From the NCBI GenBank assembly GCA_951406725.2, contig OX597822.1:15252001-15316000 (forward strand): a stretch of 64,000 nt of DNA, written 5' to 3'. This DNA is from Octopus vulgaris (lineage: Eukaryota). Below the pieces are notes generated by a model. That model made no database searches, was not told the DNA's origin, and worked only from the letters and a program-made list of their open reading frames with translations. The translations under genes were made by a program, and so were the position numbers. Each line of letters starts with the position of its first letter. Position 1 is the stretch's first letter. This document shows, piece by piece, positions 55,558-64,000 of this stretch.

Positions 55558-55858
55558 TACACACACTCTTGTATATAATGAAGCAGTGTGAGAAATTGCA
55601 CGTCAAGAAACAGGAAAGGTGTCTTATCGTTAAGTCGGATTGCAATACGAAGCACATACGAGGGTTAGAGGGAGAGAGGCCGGCGGGAGGTAACAAGGTA
55701 TATTGAGGGACAGAAGGTTTCAGGCTGTCTTTCTTCCATGGGCGAGAAAACGTTGTAAATATTCTAAAGAAGTTGTGCTCTATGTTCGGGGTGGAGGGAG
55801 ACATATGCGCATTGGTTTCCTACTACCCTGAATGCATGTAGATGAGAATTATACATAG

Positions 55859-55891
<33 letters not shown>

Positions 55892-55934
55892 ATCCATGTG
55901 ATACATACATACACACAGACACACACACACAACT

Positions 55935-56065
55935 ATTATATAAAATCCGCTTTGTCTGTCTGTCTGTCTGTCTGTCTGTGTCTTCTAGGATATCGGGGGT
56001 ATCCTCCATCCGATTGCGCTCAAATTTGATATGTAGATACCGACTGTATCAGGGCGTGTATATGT
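55935..56065 (+). mobile_element. HINE/DINE-like fragment
   Basis: TATATAAAAT..(GTCT)n..CCGATTGCGCTCAAATTTG, the typical HINE core layout. Confidence 0.55.
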
Positions 56066-56071
56066 ATACAC

Positions 56072-56143
<72 letters not shown>

Positions 56144-56354
56144 CGTGAGTGTGAATGTACGTCTCTGTATAATTATACGTATATATGTCTATACATATAT
56201 GTTTGAGTGTGTACGTGTGTAGACGCTGTGAATGCAGGAGCTTTATGTCTATGTACTGTGAGAATATGGTTGTGTGTATTTTTTATCTTTTTTCTTTTTC
56301 TATCTATTAGAATAACTTCCCTTTTATTCAGTGGTCTTTCATAGCATCTGTTGC

Positions 56355-56422
56355 CATTAATAGCCGAAGAGAATATATTGTAGCTCTTCCCTCTGAGATT
56401 CGAAACGCCGAGTACAGTAATG
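56355..56422 (+). ncRNA. Degenerate hammerhead motif
   Basis: CATTAATAG-CCGAAGA-GAAT...ATTC-GAAA-C-gccga-GTA/CAGTAATG, with a U4C core change. Confidence 0.45.
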
Positions 56423-56452
56423 ACAAACTGCTACTGTTTGTTCCAAATTGTA

Positions 56453-56483
<31 letters not shown>

Positions 56484-56484
56484 T

Positions 56485-56547
<63 letters not shown>

Positions 56548-56806
56548 CATATCTAAAGGTAAATGGAATTTAATTAAATTTAAAATATTCAATCAAAATT
56601 TACATTTCCAGTGGTACGTGCAAAAAAAAATAGTCAAAAAGACTATATATTATTTATACGATATAGTGCATATTTATACACATGAGGAATCCACTTAGTG
56701 TGAGATTCTGCACTTTAGAGAGAACAGCTGGGTTCTATAAACCACAAAAATAACGGATAAAATTCAACAGGAATAATTTGGAAATGAAAAACATTTACCA
56801 TCAAGT

Positions 56807-56885
56807 ACCCCGGACCAAATTGGTTTCTGATCTTCTTTTAGCAAGTCAGGGGGAACTCGCAAGGTCTGATCTTCTTCGGTGAGGT
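56807..56885 (-). ncRNA. Degenerate hammerhead motif
   Basis: Minus strand reads ACCTCA-CCGAAGA-AGATC...GATCA-GAAA-CCAATTTGG-TC/CGGGGT. Stem I pairs 5/6, stem III is ACCAA/TTGGT, with a U4C core change. Confidence 0.5.
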
Positions 56886-57066
56886 CCAACCTAGGGTTAA
56901 ACATATAAGACAGAAGACAAGCACCGCTACCTGTCCCCTGTTTATGCGAACTAACTTTTCAAATTTTTCTGCGCAATCGCAGTCCTATCGTTGGCTACGA
57001 TAAAAAAAACGCCAACTTTAACCGAAAATTATCCAAAAAGTTATAATGATTAATCATAGCAAAAGG

Positions 57067-57138
<72 letters not shown>

Positions 57139-57362
57139 CTGACATTATAATTCATCTACCAACTTTCATATGAGCATACAATATTCCTCCTTGGAGCAAG
57201 GAATCTCGAAGCAGACAATGCTTTAAAGGAATAACGTATAAATATCGTGTTTAAGTTATTTACACTCTATCATTTACTATTTTAATTGTTTCGAAATTAA
57301 GAATTTCTAGAAAGGAAAGAATTATTTCACATCATGGAAGATTCTAAATTATGACGTCAACA

Positions 57363-57393
<31 letters not shown>

Positions 57394-58092
57394 TGTATGT
57401 ATGTTCGAATGTATGCATGTATGTATGCATGTACATGTGTACGTACTAAATGTACGTATGTACGCACGAATGTATGTATGCATGCTTGTATCCACGCTTA
57501 CCGGTATCCATATATCGTAGTCTCACATCGGACGATATTGATAAACCTTTTAGCGATGACAACCTACATTTTACGCAGACACATTTATGGCACCATTCCC
57601 ATTTTCTAAACGTGAATTATGACCTATGATTGATATAATGTCAATTGTTGACTAGATAATCCCTCAAAACACAGACAATTTTGAAAGTAATACGATACTA
57701 AAAAATTTTAAGAAATAAATATCTTGGTTAGATTTCCATTTAAATTGCAGAATTATTAAATAAATTCAGAAATGATGAAATTAACTATTAATTTCTATGC
57801 TATATTTTGTTATAGCCCTGCTGACGCCATTGAGAGAAAAGTGCTGCGCCATTACTTAATATGTTTTCTAGAGGAAGATTTAGTTTTGAACAATATTTCT
57901 CATTTTCGAAGCGTAAATAGCACCAATACCGAATTAATTAGATGTATATTACAATGCCACTTGTAATCAATTGTTTATTAAATACCAATACAAAATTTAT
58001 TAAAATATCTATATATCTATCTATCTGTCTATTTGGCTGTCTGTCTCTTTCTCTCCCTCTCTCTCTCTGTCTCTCTCTCTGTGTCTCCTTCT

Positions 58093-58129
<37 letters not shown>

Positions 58130-58152
58130 AATATATATATATATATATATAT

Positions 58153-58287
58153 ACGACGGGCTTCTTTCAGTTTCCGTTTATCGAATCCTACCACAAGGCA
58201 TTAGTCGGCCCACTTGCTCAAGTATCCAGGCAGTAAGACCGAACTAAGGACCATGTAATTGAAACAACCTTCTTAAACACAGCCACA
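58153..58287 (-). mobile_element. SINE family A 5' half
   Basis: ACGACGGGCTTCTTTCAGTTTCCG..CACAAGGC..CACTTGC..ACACAGCCAC. Confidence 0.75.
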
Positions 58288-58495
58288 TAAAGTTTAATTT
58301 GTGCGAGTCATGACTTCCAGTTTTTCGTTCCCGGTTTCATCTATTTTTATCTTTCTCATAATTAGCTTAAAATGATACGAAAACTCTTGACTCCCTGCTT
58401 GATTCCCTGCGAAGAGTATAGGAAAGAAACTAGGTACCAATTAATTGCAACAATACTAAATTAATCCAGTTGCGTTGACATGAAATTGGATATAA

Positions 58496-58864
58496 TTACC
58501 TCCGCCTTAGTGAAGCCGGAGGTATTGTTTTCAGTCGTGTTTGATTGTTTGTCCGTGGACAAGATATCTCAAGAACCGCCGGATGGATTCGGATGAAATT
58601 ATCAGGGATGTCTGGACTTGAAACTGCCCCGAACTGATTAGCTTTTGGGATCGATCCAGTACCAGACAAGGATTCTGGATTAATTTTCCTGTATTTTTAC
58701 TTAACTTTTGAGAGCGGTCGGGTTCAATGTTAGTATTCCCGTTTGTGTTCGCAGTCGAGTTTATTTCAGATATCCTCATTTTAAAAATCCTCTCTGGCTA
58801 ATCGTTGAAAGGACGACGTTGGTGTTGCCTTGGCGGAGGTTTGCACTCTCTGAGTGTTCTTGTT
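58496..58864 (+). mobile_element. HINE (Helentron-associated non-autonomous element), complete
   Basis: TTACCTCCGCC..GGAGGT 5' palindrome, GTTT microsatellite, subterminal inverted GGCGGAGGT, and a 3' GCACTC-tct-GAGTGT hairpin followed by TT. Confidence 0.78.
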
Positions 58865-59245
58865 ACAGTATAATTTTGATTCGACATGTCATACCGGAGG
58901 CAAAATACATAAAATAGACGTTGCATGATATTTAAAACTTAGTTTCATTCGCATAATGGAAGCATTTCAGTTTACATCGTTATAAAATATACATGAACAC
59001 CTAAGCTTGTATTCATCACATTTCTATTGGATATGGTTAAGAAAAATTTAAGGAATAAGAGATAGTAGAAACAATTCGTATCATTGTGAGCATATGACAC
59101 ATTACTATATTCTGTAAATCTCAAATAATTAGAATCATTGAAATACAATGAGTTTATACGTTATAAGATATAAATTATGTTATAGAATATTAATTTACGA
59201 ATAGTCTTGTATTAATTATTTGACAGCATGTCATTCCATCACTTA

Positions 59246-59337
<92 letters not shown>

Positions 59338-61246
59338 GTGTGTATTAGTATGTATGTGAGTACATGTATACATACGTATATGTATATACACTCATTTATA
59401 AGCATATATACATAGATGCACACGTGCAAATGTGTGTATCCATACCTACTTATATATACATATGTTTGTGTATGTATGCATGCATGTATCTTATATATAT
59501 TGGTATGAGTGCATATATTCATATATATAAATGGGTGTACGTATGTATGTATAGTGTATATACATATAAACGAGCAAATAGATCAACCCCTGCGTGGTCT
59601 TTCGAACCATTAGAAATTGCAGCGAAGCCTCACAGAAGATAATCTTCACGTTCTTATATAAAAACAAAACATTCAATGTAGCCCAACATAAAAGCATGGG
59701 TGGTGGTGGTTATGTCAGGAAGTTCTTTGATCGCAGGTTTGCTCATTCAGGGTTAAACTGGTGCTGGACACCAACAACACCACTATAAGGACATATCTCT
59801 TGTTTTTCACTTCACTTTTATGTGGGAAAGTTTTATCAAGCATCTCCCTGTATATTGATTTCTTAGCAAGTCTGAATGTTTCAAATAAGGCCCGAGAATG
59901 AAATTGTCTGACCTCTATATTTTCCCGAATTATAAAGAAAGCAGAATAGCTTTCCATTAGGAATTTATATTGATTGGAATCTCAGCTATGCCAAAGACTT
60001 ATTTCTTGCTTTTCGGCGATCATCGTAGCTTCTTTCACAAAATGTTATGAATTAGGCTTGTAGCTATTAACATATTTATCTCTTCAGGTTGACGAAAAAA
60101 AGAAATAGTTATTGAACTGTGAACAGTAAGTTAAAAAATACTCAGGTATAAAGCAATATTTCTTTAATGTATCCATTCATGTGCTATGTGATAGGACAGT
60201 GTACGATGTCTGTATAAACGGTTTACTGTGATTTATATATCAGAATGAGTAGGTTGTGTAAGAATCTAGAATATATAGACATTAACGACGTTTAATCATA
60301 ACAACGGCTACTTAAGCGAGATTCCTAGGTATCTTATATTTCTTGCTACACATTCTCATATATATTTCAATACGGTTAACTCTAACACAATTTTACTTCA
60401 ATCATCTCTCGTTTAGTTGTTTTTCCTTTTGTGTGCCCATAACCATATTCTACAAATTTGATCGATGGATCATCGCCTTCAGTGATACTGTTGTCAGTCT
60501 TATCATTTGTGAAGGATTCGCAGCACACACTTTGTCGGAAGACGTCGGTTCACCTCCACATTTGATCTCACTAATTGAGTTACTATTTCCAGTATGCCGA
60601 TAATACAATAAATTGTAAAACTAAAATTGGTCAGCCAATGAAAGCTATAGTTCAAATATTTCCTTAGGCTCTTGGAAATATTTCAATTATAATATATAAC
60701 CAATAAATTAATAAATGTCAGTTAAGTTTGGTTCGGTGAAGCTTAACATATTGACTGTCAATTCTAATTTGTCGTGGTCATTAATTTGCAAGAAATAAAA
60801 ATCACTGGACAAGAACTTATTATTAACGAACTGAAACCTTCTAACATTTTTAAGTGGTTCACAGAATGTTTTTCATTTGAAATTCGTCAAATAAATCTTT
60901 TTGCATTGTTGTTGCAAATATAGTTTCCCAATATTACCTACGTCTGTTGATGTGTCTCTCCCAAAATATGAAAGATTAAACAGCGAAGTTAAAAGAAACT
61001 AAAATTTAATCATAAAACATTTACTAATGAATGTGGAATTAATTGAAATATTTTTAGAAATTGCTATATTTCTCAAGTTTTAGAAAAATATCATTCCAAT
61101 AAACTAATTGTTTCACTACTCCTGTTAAGGAAATGAATATTACAATGGTGTGATACACATAGTATAAGGATAACAAATTCAATTTTTACGTCTATATATT
61201 TATATTTACATATGATATGATTTATATATATATATATATTATTCTT

Positions 61247-61336
61247 ACATGATGAAGGCTGCTAAATGGCCATAGTCCGAAAGATGAATGGTGGCTAATA
61301 AATATATTCCTCTCTCAGATTCCCTGAATTGTTATG

Positions 61337-61370
<34 letters not shown>

Positions 61371-61990
61371 CAATTTTAAAACATTATAAAATGGGCAAAC
61401 TAACCAAATGAATAGCAATCGTGTGTGTGTGTGTGTGTTCCTATGTGCGTGCTTGCACTGATGAACTCAAAATAATCCATACTTTGAATGATATAAAGTC
61501 TTCATGTTGTTGTAGGGATTCCAGATGATAAGGGAGGGAAATGCAGTTCCTCTATAGAGAGAGACTCAAGTCACAAGGAACGCATCAAAGGTGCTTTTGT
61601 AGTGCCTGTCTAGCAAAACAGTGTAGAAGCAGCAGGGGAAAGAGAAAGTATGGGATGAGACAAGATGCATGTGGCCTGCAGTTACCTAGTTTTGAAGCTA
61701 GCTCATAAGATCACTAGAACATCGTAGTTACATCAAATACATTACATCTATTGTGGCTCACTTTATCAGATGATGAATCAACTCTCTTATCTGTACTGAT
61801 TTGTATTCATATAATTGTGCTTTATTATGCGCAGCCTGAATATTAATGCAGACGCATAAAATAATGCACTATATACTGAAGTTATTATTATTATTATTAT
61901 TACACGACGAAGGCTGCTAAACGGCCATAGTCCGAAAGATGAATGGTGGCTAATAAATATATTCCTCTCTCAGATCCCCTGAATTGTTAT

Positions 61991-61996
<6 letters not shown>
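61247..61996 (+). repeat. Two ~95-bp direct repeats (61247-61341, 61901-61996), PLE pseudo-LTR-like
   Basis: GA(T/C)GAAGGCTGCTAAAYGGCCATAGTCCGAAAGATGAATGGTGGCTAATAAA..GAATTGTTATG, each copy followed by (TA)n. Confidence 0.75.
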
Positions 61997-62025
<29 letters not shown>

Positions 62026-62034
62026 ACCCCACCC

Positions 62035-63117
62035 CCCAAAAAAATACGAAGAACAAGCACGACATAGGAAAACAACATATTCTCTGCTACTCCATACATT
62101 CCCCTTGTTCTTATTATCCAAGAGTGTGCTATCATTTCGTATGCTTTGCGATAATCACCTCATACCATGTTCAGGTTTGTATGTCTACTCTTGCTATTCC
62201 TGATAATTAGATTATCAATTAAGAGCCGATTCTTCGTTCCCCAGCTCCTTTTTCGGCACCCTTTCTGTTCAGTGGTTAGAATCCCACCTTTTTCCTGTTA
62301 TCTGTACAATTCAACGGTCAAAGCCCCTGACATTAGTTTCCACATTGGCGGAAGGCAAGTTATTGTCCTAAAGTTGGATGCAAGAGTTTCTTTTTCAGAA
62401 TCCTTTGTACATGACAATGTCTTTCCCTTTGTCATTCAGCTGGGTGCTGTGCCTTCCTGCCATCACTCATCTAGCTGTTTCGCTATCCTTTTATGAAGAA
62501 CTCTCAGCTTCTTCATCCAATTAACTTGGAACCCATCCGGTCCTGGGCTATTCCAATTTGGGAATTATTTTCTTAACTGTTTTTTTTAATCATTTCTGTA
62601 GTTATTCTTATGTCTTCTTGGACTTCTATGTTTCTTAACCTATCTTGGATTTCCAGCAGCACTCCGCTTCATCTTTATGCTCTCCGGGTTGGTCCCACAT
62701 CCGTCTCCAGGATGCATTGGTTTCCTCTGCATCTGGTATCATTGTTAGGTGTAATTGCCCATCTAGTTTCTGAAACAGTTTCTTCTGATTTGTTTCAAAC
62801 AATCTGTTTTGCCTGAACTGCTTTTTTCTATTGTCATATCTTTCCTGTTTTGCTTTGATTGCTGCTACTCTTTAATTCAATTCTTCCAATATCACATCAT
62901 AACCTTTATCTCTTATTCTATATGTTCTTTCCTGCATTATTCTTATGCTTTCGTTCTGCAATTCCCTTCTTCTCAAACTATCAATTGGTCCTAAATGACA
63001 TTTTAACTTTATTTCTCGCAAATTCGTCTACGCCAGTACGGTTCTTTACATTCTGTTGGTTATTGTTTTTTATTGTATCCAACTCTATCAGCAGCAACCA
63101 GAGCAACCATAACTTCG
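62035..63117 (-). mobile_element. R4/Dong-clade family 3 fragment (pre-RT + RT N-half)
   Basis: Minus strand encodes [73 protein letters not shown]. Multiple stops. Confidence 0.85.
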
Positions 63118-63878
<761 letters not shown>

Positions 63879-63973
<95 letters not shown>

Positions 63974-64000
63974 TCATTATTATTATTATTATTATTATTT
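63879..64000. repeat. (ATT)n tract running off the window
   Basis: Directly visible. Confidence 0.95.

Noticed and set aside
59715-60600. Gypsy RT-like (SRALFETFRL) and Tigger-like (EIKCGGEPTSSDK) remnants on minus
   Set aside because: Short, low-identity resemblances that cannot be supported without a search.

Overview
AT-rich, microsatellite-dense eukaryotic DNA. It is most likely intergenic or intronic sequence from an octopus (inferred from the tRNA-derived SINE families and the repeat landscape, not proven). No intact host gene, rRNA, true tRNA or CRISPR array can be supported. Most ORFs in the track are translations of simple repeats. The real coding signal comes from decayed mobile elements: several R4/Dong-clade RLE retrotransposons (stacked inside (TAA)n tracts, plus one flanked by (CATA)n), Penelope-like (PLE) RT and GIY-YIG fragments, a full-length dead mariner, a Chapaev3-type transposon, CR1/RTE/Gypsy remnants, HINE-type elements, a MITE and about 20 SINE copies. 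The most interesting signals are at the RNA level. (i) About ten type-I hammerhead-ribozyme motifs in several unrelated sequence contexts, one with a compensatory U3-A8 core. (ii) A 3'UTR stem-loop that covaries across three divergent R4-clade copies. (iii) An RTE-derived element with an inverted copy of the RTE 3' end fused in front of the 5'UTR. (iv) Two long fold-back palindromes. Two minus-strand candidate exons may belong to a small Cys-rich secreted protein. All family assignments are by-eye motif recognition with no database searches.
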